A stretch of DNA of 64,000 bases from the IMG/VR virus record IMGVR_UViG_3300035130_000336, positions 9,075 to 73,074 of that record, one strand, 5' to 3'. Of the stretch, positions 30,677 to 41,807 are shown piece by piece. How positions within the stretch are numbered: position 1 is the first letter of the stretch; each line of letters begins with the position of its first letter. The notes below the pieces were generated by a model. That model saw nothing but the letters and a program-made list of their open reading frames with translations. It made no database searches and was not told where the DNA came from. The position numbers and the translations under genes were made by a program. This stretch comes from a virus. Taxonomy: Duplodnaviria > Caudoviricetes.

Positions 30677-31870
30677 ATGCCTATTATTCTTAATGATTGG
30701 ACTCGGAAACTTGCCGCTGCTCCTTGGTCTGAACGCAGGTTAATGCGTGCCGTTTCAGTCGGTGATTATATTTATATGACCGGTGGGAATACGAATGCAG
30801 CAGGAGTGAGAGTTGCTGAAGTATGGAGAACTAGAGATGGAATATCATGGGAACTTCTTACCGATACTCCCGGATGGTCGGCGAGAGCGGCGCACGGATT
30901 CGTTTATTATAATGGACTTTTTTGGGTTTTCGGCGGTTCCGAACAAGCGGCATTTTTAAACGATGTATGGTCTTCTCCTGATTGTATAACGTGGACGGAA
31001 AGAACGGCTGCCGCCGCATGGAGTGTACGTCATGAATTCGCATACTGTTTACATAAGGGAGAAATCTATTTATCCGGTGGTTATGGCGGAGGATATAGAC
31101 AAAATATATATAAAACATCGGATATGATCAATTGGGCACTTGTTGCGAATTTACCACAAGCGGTTCGTGAACATGTAATGCTTTCATTCGGAGGTAATTT
31201 ATACTGTTATTATGGAGATAACGGCGCTTCATCAAATGTGGTGCATCGATCAATAGATAATGGAGTTAATTGGGTAAATCTTGGAAATGCAGCTTATGGA
31301 GTCAGAAGAGAACATTGCGGCTTGATAGATGGGGAGGGTGATAATTTAGCTATCGTCGGCGGTTATAATACAGCAACCAGTACATCATATCATGATGTAT
31401 GGGAAACGGATGACGGATTTAATTTTACTGAAATTGCACAGATAAACGCATATACCGAAAGAAGTGATTTTTGTTTTGTTCATCACAATAAAAGGCTTTA
31501 TATATTCGGTGGGACGCCGGATACCGGAGCGACATATTTAAATGACGTTTGGGAATCACCCGCCGAACCGTATGCGGAATTTAGTGGTTATCCTTTAAGT
31601 GGTATATATCCGTTAACCGTTAATTTTACTAATAAATCGTCGGGTTCGCCGACATCGTATCTCTGGGATTTCGGTGACGGAAAGACTTCTACCGAAGAGA
31701 ATCCGACGCACCGGTATGATGCGCCGGGAGTTTATACGGTTACATTGAGTTCAACCTATTCTTATGGTTTGTATACCGAAACAAAAAAGGATTACATCAC
31801 CGTAACGCTTGACTTTACTGGAACGCCTCGAAGCGGCGTCCGTCCTTTTGAAGTGACATTCAAATTATGA
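30677..31870 (+). CDS. Kelch-repeat beta-propeller plus PKD domain virion protein
   Basis: Repeated 'WS.R..H....(Y/F)..GG.....NDVW'; 'YLWDFGDG...ENPTHRY..PGVYTVTL'. Confidence 0.85.
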   Translation: MPIILNDWTRKLAAAPWSERRLMRAVSVGDYIYMTGGNTNAAGVRVAEVWRTRDGISWELLTDTPGWSARAAHGFVYYNGLFWVFGGSEQAAFLNDVWSSPDCITWTERTAAAAWSVRHEFAYCLHKGEIYLSGGYGGGYRQNIYKTSDMINWALVANLPQAVREHVMLSFGGNLYCYYGDNGASSNVVHRSIDNGVNWVNLGNAAYGVRREHCGLIDGEGDNLAIVGGYNTATSTSYHDVWETDDGFNFTEIAQINAYTERSDFCFVHHNKRLYIFGGTPDTGATYLNDVWESPAEPYAEFSGYPLSGIYPLTVNFTNKSSGSPTSYLWDFGDGKTSTEENPTHRYDAPGVYTVTLSSTYSYGLYTETKKDYITVTLDFTGTPRSGVRPFEVTFKL

Positions 31871-33327
31871 GTGGGATAATTGTTAAATATCTATGGACAT
31901 TCGGTGACGGTGAAATTTCCAATGAAAAGGAACCGGTGCATGTCTATCGGATGCCCGGTGTATATACGGTAAAGCTTGAGGTATGGGATAATGACGGCAA
32001 TCTTTTTTCTGAAACCAAAGTTGATTACATCTATGTCTATGAAAACAGTTACGCTCCCGGCGGAAGAAACGTTACCAAATCAGACCGGATTTATCGATTG
32101 GGCGTTCCGCAGGAAAAGAAACAGGGGATAAGCTGGAGTGAATATCAGGGAAGTGATTATCCCAATGCGATCGGTTTGATAGGAACCTGTAAAATATTTG
32201 ATAACAATGATGAAGAACGGATAATCGTTACCGATTGCGATTCGTTCAAACATTACTGGTTGGGCAAGGAAGATCACTGGCTTGACGGCGGGAATGAGGA
32301 TTATGGCGGAAGTGAAATTGAATCCGATATTTTATTCAGAGAGCATGTTCCGCCCATCGAAGCGACTGCTAAATTACGGCATTCTGAAAGTCATGCCAAT
32401 TTAAAACCGTGGTATAAAGATCGAAGAAATACCGGCGATTATAATGTATTCGGTTTCAGGAAAAATTTCAAATCAAGCATGTATTTCCGTGAGGATTCGA
32501 GTCCGGAAGATCGGGCGGTAGTAAAATATTTCCCGAGAAAAGCGCAGATAGTTTCTGATCGGCATATAGAGAGCGAAAGCATACAGGCCGGATTGAGACT
32601 TATTGGAGCACCGTGGCGATTGGTCAATATGCAGCAATGGTATGAGCAGATCGATACCGCCGCCGCGCCGCCCGAAAAGCAGATGAGTGAAAAGACATGG
32701 GCTGAGTTGATGGCCGATTCGATCATATGGATCGGCAGAAGTATTGAACTTGTCAGTCTGGAAGATGGCTCCCATAAAATGCCGTGGGACAAGGGAAGCA
32801 ATCAGCGGACAACCGGAAGTTTTTCCGGGGTAATCGGCGGTCCTGATGGGGTTACACGATCGGCGATCGTATTTAATGCTTCCGAAAGTATGAGCGTGGA
32901 TACGGATTTACCCTCAGGAGACATGAGTATCGTGTTATGGGTAAAATCTCCGGCGTCTTCCTGTACAATAATCAGCAATGCCGATTTGACAATCAAATTG
33001 ATCAAAAGCGGGTATGGATGGAATCTTGATTGGGATGACGGGGTGAATAACTGGAAGGTCGCGTTAAGCGCGGCACTGACGCAATGGACGATGATTACCA
33101 TTATCCGCCATGAAACGACGGTTGAAGTTTATGAAAACAAATCGTTCGCGAATACACGGCTTTTGAAAACGAATCGATCGTATGCTGGTCCTATTGAATT
33201 TTATTCCGGTTCGGTAATCGGATTCGAACCGCGAATTGTCGGATCAATATTGACGGCGGATGCGATCGAGTGGTTATACAATGATGTGATTGAAAATCAG
33301 GGAAAATCAACCTGTGCAATGTATTGA
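31867..33327 (+). CDS. PKD domain and C-terminal LamG/ConA-like virion protein
   Basis: 'YLWTFGDG...EPVHVY..PGVYTVKL'; C-terminal 'MSIVLWVK...WTMITI...VYEN'. Confidence 0.7.
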   Translation: MSGIIVKYLWTFGDGEISNEKEPVHVYRMPGVYTVKLEVWDNDGNLFSETKVDYIYVYENSYAPGGRNVTKSDRIYRLGVPQEKKQGISWSEYQGSDYPNAIGLIGTCKIFDNNDEERIIVTDCDSFKHYWLGKEDHWLDGGNEDYGGSEIESDILFREHVPPIEATAKLRHSESHANLKPWYKDRRNTGDYNVFGFRKNFKSSMYFREDSSPEDRAVVKYFPRKAQIVSDRHIESESIQAGLRLIGAPWRLVNMQQWYEQIDTAAAPPEKQMSEKTWAELMADSIIWIGRSIELVSLEDGSHKMPWDKGSNQRTTGSFSGVIGGPDGVTRSAIVFNASESMSVDTDLPSGDMSIVLWVKSPASSCTIISNADLTIKLIKSGYGWNLDWDDGVNNWKVALSAALTQWTMITIIRHETTVEVYENKSFANTRLLKTNRSYAGPIEFYSGSVIGFEPRIVGSILTADAIEWLYNDVIENQGKSTCAMY

Positions 33328-33333
33328 TAGAAT

Positions 33334-36180
33334 ATGACAAAATCAATTATTACTAATTCCCGTGATCTACTTAATGCCATTGCCAAAATGGAAAGGGAGA
33401 TGAATGGCATTTCGGATGATATACGGAATTTGAAATCCGCCAAAGCGACTATTAATCAACCGACAAATAATCAATTGCTTACATGGGATTCCGAAATATC
33501 CATGGTTGAAGACAGTCTTTGGCAACTTCCCGCAGCCGATGGCGCTGCCAATGAAATCATGTATACCGATGGAGCGGGAAATCTGGCTTGGATCGCTCCG
33601 GGAGCGGCGGCGGTCGCGGGAGCGGATACGCAGGTACAATACAATGCCGGAGGCGTCATGGCTGCCGAAGCGGCATTTACCTATAATTACGGTACGAATA
33701 CGCTGACTACCGACCATATTCAGGCAACAATTGATTTCGCGCCGAGTGCGGCTGATGGAGCGTCGCTTGGAACCGCTGCCCTTGAATTTTCAGATCTTTA
33801 TCTTGCTGACGGCGGAATCATTTATTTGGGTGACGATCAGGATGTAACGCTTACCCATATTGCCGATACCGGTATACGCATTAATTCAACCATGCAACTG
33901 CAATTCAGGGATGCCGCCATTTATATAGCGTCGCTTGACGATGGGCATCTTGATTTGAAAGCTGATACGCAGATTGATTTGAACAGCGCGGTATACCTCA
34001 ATGTTTGTGCCGATGCGGGAGCGGATGTCAATGCATTTCTCGTGAGGGATGCCGGAGGGTTTATTGATTATCGCACCGGTACGGAATTGCTGGCCGATCT
34101 GAGCGGGGATGCCGGAGCGGCATTTTCCTTTAATAGTCAGGATGTTACCAATGTAGCTACACTATATGGCGCTTATGTTGATTTGACGAATTGTATTGAT
34201 TTGGTAAATACCATATCGGCGATTACCGGTGTTGTAAGAAAGAATGGTGATAGATTTATTCATGATTTTAAGCATCCGACCGGCGGGGGAGCAATTCCGG
34301 TCGGACATAATTTGTTTATAGGAGAAGACGCCGGTAATTTTACTATGGGTGCAGCGGCAACGAATATCTCTGAAGCTTCATACAATTTGGGTATTGGATG
34401 GAAGTCATTATTAAGTGTAGCTCTAGGATATAATAATATAGCTATTGGACCGCAGGCTCTTACAAGTTTAACGGATGCCCCTTATTGTATTGCTATAGGA
34501 AGAGATGCTCTGGCACTTTGTACAACCGGAGGGAGTAATCTTGGAATAGGTTATTCAGCTTTATATAAAAATACTACAGGTAGATATAATACTGCTATTG
34601 GGCGTCAGGCTCTTTACAATTGCGATGGTGGTGAATATAATTGCGGAATATCCACTCAGGCTTTGAATGCATTAGCGGGAGGAGATTCTAATTGTGGAAT
34701 TGGTTATAGAGCCTTATTTAATATAGTCGATCCAGATTATAATGTAGGGATCGGACATTATGCCGGAGCTTATATAGTAGGTGGAGGCAATAATACAGCA
34801 GGAAGTAATTCTATATTTATTGGAGTTGATACTCGACCTGCTGCTAATGGCGAAACCAATGAAATAGTTATTGGATATCAAGGTAACGGTATTGGCAGCA
34901 ATACGACGGTAATCGGCAATGCTTCAACGGTTACCGCCAGAATATACGGCGATATTCAAATCGATTCCGATACCGATATGATAATATTCGGCGACGGTCA
35001 GGATGCCGGTATTTATTACAACGGTTCCAATTTAGTTTACAATTCAACATTAGTAGGTGCGGGAGCACATGCGTTTACCGGCACGGTAAGACTTAATACC
35101 TGTGCGGACGCCGGGACGGATACCGACAAATTTCTTGTTCGCGATGCTGCGAATAATATTGACTATCGCACCGGGGCGGAACTGCTTGCTGATTTGAGCG
35201 GAGATGCGGCGGCATCTTTTGATTGGAACAGTCAGGAACTTGATAATGTTGGATGGCTTGGTATTAATACCGCAGCAGACTCGAATCGGTATATAAATAT
35301 TGATGATGCGGCGTTGTCGTTTACGAGTACGTTTTATGGAATATATCAGTCTTTGACAAAAACGGCGGGGGCTAGTGATGCTGGAGATTATTATTATGGT
35401 ATTTATAATGTTACGGAATTAAATCAGGCCGGTGGAAAAATAGGATATGCGAGAGGAATACAGAATGAATTTCAACTGACAGATGGCGATATTGGAGATG
35501 CTAGTAATTCGAGAAATTTGATGTCTATATATAGTTTCCTTGATTTAAACGGTGGAAAAATATATGGGGATGTTCGTGCTGGTTATTTTTCCATAGATCA
35601 GGAAGCGGGAAATGAAATAACAACTGATGCGGTTGGAGTACGGATATACGCTGATCTTGATGGTACCGTTGGTGGAATATCCTATATGCTGCATTTGATT
35701 GAAGGCAATGGCATTGATTACGGTATTTATCAGGAGGGGGTGGCGCAGAACAGGCTGGGTGGAATATTAGATATTTGGTCAAGCGCTAAAACAATCTTTC
35801 TTGGTGCTGACGAAGGGTTAAATACACGAACCGACAACACAAATAAACGTTGTCATATTCAGTGCACCCAATACGATACCGACGCTGACGGAATGGCAAT
35901 TTTAGCGACTTTATGTAATGTCGGTCAAAATTTGTTATTGATTGGTGGTCGCGGTTCAATGACCGGTAACGCTCCGACTGCCATATATTTTACTACATCC
36001 GCAAATACAACCGCCGGAGCTGGTGCCTCTGCACTTGGAATAGAATCGGATGGGGGAGTTTATTTATATATAGTCAAGTCCGGTGCAACGCAAGCGGCTG
36101 CCGGAGCATCGGCAGGTGAAATTTGGGAAACTTCCGGTCATGCATCATTGCCGGATCACGTTTTAATGTTGGGAGCTTAA
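33334..36180 (+). CDS. Tail fibre / receptor-binding protein
   Basis: Gly/Ala/Asn-rich, 'NxAIGxxAL' beta-roll repeats, internal ~50 aa duplication. Confidence 0.8.
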   Translation: MTKSIITNSRDLLNAIAKMEREMNGISDDIRNLKSAKATINQPTNNQLLTWDSEISMVEDSLWQLPAADGAANEIMYTDGAGNLAWIAPGAAAVAGADTQVQYNAGGVMAAEAAFTYNYGTNTLTTDHIQATIDFAPSAADGASLGTAALEFSDLYLADGGIIYLGDDQDVTLTHIADTGIRINSTMQLQFRDAAIYIASLDDGHLDLKADTQIDLNSAVYLNVCADAGADVNAFLVRDAGGFIDYRTGTELLADLSGDAGAAFSFNSQDVTNVATLYGAYVDLTNCIDLVNTISAITGVVRKNGDRFIHDFKHPTGGGAIPVGHNLFIGEDAGNFTMGAAATNISEASYNLGIGWKSLLSVALGYNNIAIGPQALTSLTDAPYCIAIGRDALALCTTGGSNLGIGYSALYKNTTGRYNTAIGRQALYNCDGGEYNCGISTQALNALAGGDSNCGIGYRALFNIVDPDYNVGIGHYAGAYIVGGGNNTAGSNSIFIGVDTRPAANGETNEIVIGYQGNGIGSNTTVIGNASTVTARIYGDIQIDSDTDMIIFGDGQDAGIYYNGSNLVYNSTLVGAGAHAFTGTVRLNTCADAGTDTDKFLVRDAANNIDYRTGAELLADLSGDAAASFDWNSQELDNVGWLGINTAADSNRYINIDDAALSFTSTFYGIYQSLTKTAGASDAGDYYYGIYNVTELNQAGGKIGYARGIQNEFQLTDGDIGDASNSRNLMSIYSFLDLNGGKIYGDVRAGYFSIDQEAGNEITTDAVGVRIYADLDGTVGGISYMLHLIEGNGIDYGIYQEGVAQNRLGGILDIWSSAKTIFLGADEGLNTRTDNTNKRCHIQCTQYDTDADGMAILATLCNVGQNLLLIGGRGSMTGNAPTAIYFTTSANTTAGAGASALGIESDGGVYLYIVKSGATQAAAGASAGEIWETSGHASLPDHVLMLGA

Positions 36181-36483
36181 ATGTCAAAAAATTACACGGC
36201 AACAAAAATGGATGAGATTACCATACGTATGCGAATTCCCGCATATTGTCCGGAAACGGGTAAATATCATGCGGGTTCGATGCAGATGATTGGTATAGCG
36301 AAAAATGGTGTTATGAAAGTACCCGTAATAATGGATATGGAATATCTCGGTTCCGAAAAAGATGTTCCGTGGACGCCGAGCGAAATATATACGGCATTGA
36401 CGAATTACAGTAATTTTAATACAATGCTCGCGAATAAATTAAAAGATCTTTATGTCGAAGGTATAAACGAAGATATTACGTGA
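36181..36483 (+). CDS. Hypothetical (possible fibre chaperone)
   Basis: Abuts the tail fibre gene. Confidence 0.55.
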   Translation: MSKNYTATKMDEITIRMRIPAYCPETGKYHAGSMQMIGIAKNGVMKVPVIMDMEYLGSEKDVPWTPSEIYTALTNYSNFNTMLANKLKDLYVEGINEDIT

Positions 36484-36695
36484 GGAGAATCTTTATGTCA
36501 AATGGCGGTGAAACGAATGTTCAACAGAAACAACAACCGGTCAGTTTGGAACAAATTGAATTGCGAACACGGAGAATAGTTGATGAATTAAATGGGGTAA
36601 TTACTTTTTTATGCAAAAATTATGCTGCGTTGGCACAGGAAAATGATCAATTGAAAAAACAGACATCGAAAATAAAAAATGGCTCAAAGAAATGA
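36480..36695 (+). CDS. Small coiled-coil hypothetical protein
   Basis: GAGGAG RBS before an internal ATG; heptad pattern. Confidence 0.55.
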   Translation: MRRIFMSNGGETNVQQKQQPVSLEQIELRTRRIVDELNGVITFLCKNYAALAQENDQLKKQTSKIKNGSKK

Positions 36696-36849
36696 AATTC
36701 AATCGCAAAACATTCAATTGGATATGATTGATCCGAAAAATCCGGAATCGTTGATGCAATTGATTGAATGGGCGAAACAGACATCCGCCAAACAAAAGGA
36801 ACTGCAACGGCAGATAGACCGATTAAACCGGTGGGTATATCCTCAGTAA
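36679..36849 (+). CDS. Small hypothetical protein (56 aa), not in the ORF track
   Basis: MAQRNEIQSQ...RWVYPQ translated by hand; fills operon gap. Confidence 0.5.
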   Translation: MAQRNEIQSQNIQLDMIDPKNPESLMQLIEWAKQTSAKQKELQRQIDRLNRWVYPQ

Positions 36850-36860
36850 AGGAGTGAAAG

Positions 36861-37295
36861 ATGTTGAAATGTTATCCTGTAAGCGATGTGTGGCTGCGAA
36901 CGAAAGACAAAAATGCGCCGGAGTATTGCGACATCGATGAAATAAGAAACGATCCGCACGGCAATGTACGGCAACCTGAAAATGTACTGGTCGGCGCTCC
37001 GAATTATCCGAACAGCGCTTACTTGACATGGGTGCTTGCGAATGATCCGAACGTATTTACTTTGCAGGATGGCAGCACCCCGACGAGAATGGATCATATT
37101 ATTGCGGCGCGATTCAACGATACGAAAATCCGGGTGGGTGATGTCGATAATGGAAATAATATCAAAGGGATATTGAAATACAACAATATCGTTACCGTTG
37201 GTGAATATACCGGCGGCATTCTTCATGAGGAAGTGTATCGTCGAATATACCGCAAGGGAACGACCGTGGAAAAATTATGGTTCATGGGGTGCTAA
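36861..37295 (+). CDS. Hypothetical virion-module protein
   Basis: AAGGAG RBS. Confidence 0.65.
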   Translation: MLKCYPVSDVWLRTKDKNAPEYCDIDEIRNDPHGNVRQPENVLVGAPNYPNSAYLTWVLANDPNVFTLQDGSTPTRMDHIIAARFNDTKIRVGDVDNGNNIKGILKYNNIVTVGEYTGGILHEEVYRRIYRKGTTVEKLWFMGC

Positions 37296-37310
37296 TAAAG
37301 GACATGTAAA

Positions 37311-39995
37311 ATGACTTCGAGCAATTATCCATTTCTGGCCAGAAACCAGAAAACGGAAGAGGAACGTCAGAAAGAGAATATCGATGCTCTTTGGGACCGG
37401 TTGGGAGTAATCGGTCTTCCCGGCAAGCAATCTTTTTTCACAGGATACGGCAATGACAAACAGTTGCAACCGGAAAGACCGACCGGCATATTGAATACCA
37501 ATCAGGGACCGAAAACCGTTCATGAAGGCGAACAGGTGAACATCGAACCTGATGGTCAATTCGGTGTTATTCCTGCGTCGCAATTGGGAGGACAGGAAAA
37601 TCTCCAGACTATGGAACGTGAAAATAATATGGAGGGTTATCAGTTGGGGAAATCTCCCGATGATAATACCATCATTGACGATACATATAAACCATATACT
37701 ACCCGTGGATTGCAGCGTCTTGAACGGTACGCCGATTATGAAAGTCCGGTGAATACCGCTATCAGGGAAGGGGAACGGGAGCGTTTTGCCGGTGAAGCGG
37801 TAGCGGCGAAAGGTGCATTGGCTCAGGAACAGGCGCAGATGGGAATTAAAGGAAGGGAAGCTGCTACGGAAGAGGCGCGGCTGGGAAGACAGATCGGTGC
37901 TCAGGAAAATGAGCTTATGACAAATTTGAGAAAGCAGGAATCGGAACAGGCGTTTACCGCTGCACGACAATTGCCCGGAGAGGCGATTACGGCGCGGGGA
38001 GTGGATTTTGAAAGACAGAAATACGGCGATCAGGAATTTACCCGTATGGCTGATGATGCGCAAACCACATCGTATGAAACGTGGAAGCAGAAATATCCGA
38101 ATGCCACTGAAGAGGATTATACGACGGCGAGAGAGTATAAAACACGACAACTTCAAAGCATGGATATAGGGATTCAAACGCAGAGTGAAAATTTATATCA
38201 GCTTAAGAAAAGCGATCAATGGAATGATGCCGAACAATTTCTTAATGCTGGAGATTATGACAATTATGCGGCACTTGTAAAAAAGATTACGGGACGTACT
38301 ATCAATTACACGCAATTCGTGGAAGACCGTGATTATGTTTTGAAAACTCGCGAACAAACCATTACCGCAGGTGATATCGCAAATGATGCCGCCCGATACG
38401 GATTGAACGATGCGGAGATGCAATCCGTTGTAAGGGATATAAACAGCGGTGTTCCGGTTGATACCATCAATTCTCAATATGGTACGGAATTTACTGAGGA
38501 CGACAGGGATTCAATCGCCGCGAGATACGATTCTGAATTGTTGTCATTGAAAAACAGAGTGGGCGATGAGATATACAATTCACTTCAGGAGATGATTAAC
38601 GGTGGATCGTCGCTTGAAGCGATCAATGATCGCGCGAGATATTATGGAATGGGAGAAATATCAACTTCAGAATACATGAAGATGCTGGATGCGACGCCGC
38701 TTGGAGAACGTACGTGGGAACGTAATCTACAATATTCGAATATGCTGCTTCAATCTCAGGACCCCGATAATATCATCAAGGCGCAACGCATACTCAAAGA
38801 ACTTTTTCCGTTCATGGGTTATGACGTTACTTTTGATGTCGATCAGCTTATTAACGATATCGGGGCGGAAAGATTCGCCGGAGCATTGACGGATATGTCA
38901 ACACTAGCTTCGACCTACGATACATGGGAGGAAGCCAAAGCCAGCGCTGAAGGATTGAATCTTATCGAAACGCTTGGAGGCGGACGGGAGGATGCCGAAG
39001 GTAATGCGATGAGGATGTTTCAGAGTCTTAAAATGAATGCGGTGGATGAACAGTGGGATGCTATTGAACAGTCGGATTTCTATCAGGGATTGTTGAGAAG
39101 TAATCCCGATGGAGCGGAATTGATCCGGCAGACATTTACCAAAGGACTTACCGGAGAACTTGAATTCGACATCAAACCGGTTTATAACGTAACTGATGAA
39201 ACTGGAAAATTTGTACAATCGTTTGACAATATCGTTGACGCCAACAAGTTTTTAAGTGAAAACGCCGATAAGGGATATATCGTAAATGAAAGTTCAAATT
39301 ACATTTACAAGGATATCGTATCTGGCAATACGGTAACGGTAAATAACCAGACGGGAACGACGACGACAGGTAATGAAGGTACGACCGAAACGGTGCAAAC
39401 CGTGGCGGCAAGATTTAAAAAGGCCGGATCGGATTATTCGGAAGTGGATGTACAGGATTTTTTTGATGAAATGGGAAGACTTCCTCTTGACACAAAAGAA
39501 ATGGATGAATGGGATGCGAAAAGATACGGAATCAATTTTTGGGATAGGGTTGAAACCAGTTATCCCGATGGTAATTTGAGTTTGGGAGGAACAAGGCCGA
39601 ATATAGGCGAGGAAGATTTAAACAAGATACTTGAAGCAAAAGCAAGCGGAGATAAAAGAGCCGATAAATTTTTCATGGTGGAAGAGGATTTAAATCGTGT
39701 TCTCAATGCTAATAGTAAATATACCACGAATTCAAGGAAGGGAAGTAATGCGGCGGCGGCTCGAACGGAAGCATATACAAACGCCGCAAGGGAAATCAGG
39801 GAAGCGGTAGGTAATAATACCGGAAAAATAGTTGAAACAAGTAAAGGAACGTTCATCATTTTAGGATTAAGTTCTGATGATACGATTAAATTATATGATC
39901 CGCAAAATAAAAATAACGTTTATCTTGATCTGGCTACTATTATACAAAAAGGAACTGAAACTGCATTGTCACAAATGACTGAAAAGCCGAGTTAA
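37311..39995 (+). CDS. Putative internal virion / ejection protein
   Basis: 894 aa, Ala/Gln/Glu-rich helical; position in podovirus ejectosome block. Confidence 0.55.
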   Translation: MTSSNYPFLARNQKTEEERQKENIDALWDRLGVIGLPGKQSFFTGYGNDKQLQPERPTGILNTNQGPKTVHEGEQVNIEPDGQFGVIPASQLGGQENLQTMERENNMEGYQLGKSPDDNTIIDDTYKPYTTRGLQRLERYADYESPVNTAIREGERERFAGEAVAAKGALAQEQAQMGIKGREAATEEARLGRQIGAQENELMTNLRKQESEQAFTAARQLPGEAITARGVDFERQKYGDQEFTRMADDAQTTSYETWKQKYPNATEEDYTTAREYKTRQLQSMDIGIQTQSENLYQLKKSDQWNDAEQFLNAGDYDNYAALVKKITGRTINYTQFVEDRDYVLKTREQTITAGDIANDAARYGLNDAEMQSVVRDINSGVPVDTINSQYGTEFTEDDRDSIAARYDSELLSLKNRVGDEIYNSLQEMINGGSSLEAINDRARYYGMGEISTSEYMKMLDATPLGERTWERNLQYSNMLLQSQDPDNIIKAQRILKELFPFMGYDVTFDVDQLINDIGAERFAGALTDMSTLASTYDTWEEAKASAEGLNLIETLGGGREDAEGNAMRMFQSLKMNAVDEQWDAIEQSDFYQGLLRSNPDGAELIRQTFTKGLTGELEFDIKPVYNVTDETGKFVQSFDNIVDANKFLSENADKGYIVNESSNYIYKDIVSGNTVTVNNQTGTTTTGNEGTTETVQTVAARFKKAGSDYSEVDVQDFFDEMGRLPLDTKEMDEWDAKRYGINFWDRVETSYPDGNLSLGGTRPNIGEEDLNKILEAKASGDKRADKFFMVEEDLNRVLNANSKYTTNSRKGSNAAAARTEAYTNAAREIREAVGNNTGKIVETSKGTFIILGLSSDDTIKLYDPQNKNNVYLDLATIIQKGTETALSQMTEKPS

Positions 39996-40009
39996 TATAG
40001 GGAGAGATT

Positions 40010-40396
40010 ATGTCAATAGCGGCGGCGGTAATAACGGGAATAGCGGGAATCGCTTCGACTCTAATAGGTGGCGGTCTTCAAATGAGGACTCTTAAACGGG
40101 GAGAAGCGGCGGCCAAGGAACAGTATCAAGGAGAACTTGCCGAAAGCGCACGGCGTTTTAATCTTGAAGCGGGACTTTCACGGCAATCGCTTTCTCTTCA
40201 ACGGCAAAATCTCGCGGAACAGAAACGGCAGTTCAATGAATCATTGGGTTTGAAACAGACGGAACTTGCCATGACAAAAAACGAATACGCGAGAAATGCT
40301 TTTAGGGAACAGGTGAAAAATCTTACCGGCATCCTTGATAAAAACGAGCAATTAAAGGATTTATATATAAACCGTCTTAAAGGATTGAGGAATTAA
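40010..40396 (+). CDS. Putative small ejection (pilot-like) protein
   Basis: N-terminal 'IAAAVITGIAGIASTLIGGG' then coiled coil. Confidence 0.55.
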   Translation: MSIAAAVITGIAGIASTLIGGGLQMRTLKRGEAAAKEQYQGELAESARRFNLEAGLSRQSLSLQRQNLAEQKRQFNESLGLKQTELAMTKNEYARNAFREQVKNLTGILDKNEQLKDLYINRLKGLRN

Positions 40397-40397
40397 T

Positions 40398-41807
40398 ATG
40401 CCTTACGATCCATATCAATTTTCAGTGGCAAGAGCGAATGTTATCGGCGGTATGACTTCCGGTATTGAAAAAGCCGTAGTGGATACCGCTTCGAGAATAG
40501 CCGAGATATCGAAACAAAAAGGTATCAATGATAAAATAAGAGGTCTTTACAAAGAGACGGTAAACAGATTTGTAACGGAAATGAAGGAAGCCGATCCTTC
40601 CATATCGGATGAGAAAGCCAGAATTACCGCTATGAGAAAATTGCCTTCTCCCATGGAAGGTATTTCGAGCGAGGATAATTTAAAAAATCTGTTGGCTGCT
40701 TCTTTATCGGCGGATAAATATATTGAGGAGTTGCAGAAAAAAACAAAAGCCACGCAATTTACGAAAGCTGCTGAACAGCCTGTTTCCGAAACAAGACAGA
40801 TACAAGCTGAAGGACCGCCTATACAACAAGGCGAACGTACCGGTGAAGTTCCCATGGAACAGCAAACAATTCAGCGTCCGATGAGATATGAAGAGTATGA
40901 AAAAGGATATGAAACATTGGAACCGGAAACGCGAAAAATGATTCCCGAATCGGTTGGAGCGCGGGTAAAAACCACTGAATCTGTTTATCAACAACCGTTA
41001 AAAACATTCGAGACTGAAAGAGAAGCATCGGTAAAAGAGCGGGAAAATAATATAAAAACGATGTCGGGGATCGATAAGGGTGCCGGATTTCATACGGCGA
41101 TAATTGAAAGTCAGAAAGCGGTGGATAAATTAAAATCCAAAAAATCGACGCTTGAAGATTTGATAAAAACCGTCAGCAAATCCGAAGGTTTATCCATGAA
41201 ACAGATCGAACAGGGAAAACAAAAAGATCTGGAAATGGAAATCGATCAGATTTCTCAAGAACTTAATATCCCGCAACAGCTCGCGCATAATGATGAATTT
41301 TTAGGACGTATGAAAGAGGATATCGATCGTCTTGTTGCGAAAGAAGAGGATTGGCAGAAAGGTTGGGAAACCGCTTATGATGAAATGAAAAAGCGGGAAG
41401 AAATGAATGCACGGAGAAAAGGAGCGCCGACACCGACTCCCGATTGGAAATTAGGTAAAGAGTTGCAGAATGCTTTAGAAAAAATGGCGAAACAGCAATT
41501 TCCCAATCTTTTTAAAGTTATCGAAGGCGAATATGGTATTGATGTTCTTAAGCAAACAAGCGGTATTGCTGAAGCGGCGAGAGCAATTTTAAGAGATCCG
41601 CAAAAAAGAATAGCTCTGGCTTATGCTTTTCCGGAAGAAGTGGGAGCGATAGCGCGGGCGAAAGGTGCGCCGCGTCCATCTGATGCTGAAATTCAATCGG
41701 TATTAAATGAGATGCAGCAATTACAAAATCAAGTATATGGAGTTATCGAAAAAACGCCTTCATCGCAAAGTGAGGATATTTTTAGCGGATTGGGCGGATT
41801 GCAGTGA
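40398..41807 (+). CDS. Putative internal virion protein
   Basis: Coiled-coil rich; position. Confidence 0.5.
   Translation: MPYDPYQFSVARANVIGGMTSGIEKAVVDTASRIAEISKQKGINDKIRGLYKETVNRFVTEMKEADPSISDEKARITAMRKLPSPMEGISSEDNLKNLLAASLSADKYIEELQKKTKATQFTKAAEQPVSETRQIQAEGPPIQQGERTGEVPMEQQTIQRPMRYEEYEKGYETLEPETRKMIPESVGARVKTTESVYQQPLKTFETEREASVKERENNIKTMSGIDKGAGFHTAIIESQKAVDKLKSKKSTLEDLIKTVSKSEGLSMKQIEQGKQKDLEMEIDQISQELNIPQQLAHNDEFLGRMKEDIDRLVAKEEDWQKGWETAYDEMKKREEMNARRKGAPTPTPDWKLGKELQNALEKMAKQQFPNLFKVIEGEYGIDVLKQTSGIAEAARAILRDPQKRIALAYAFPEEVGAIARAKGAPRPSDAEIQSVLNEMQQLQNQVYGVIEKTPSSQSEDIFSGLGGLQ

Noticed and set aside
33334-36180. Diversity-generating retroelement acting on the tail fibre
   Set aside because: No reverse transcriptase in the window, and the internal repeat differences are not adenine-specific.
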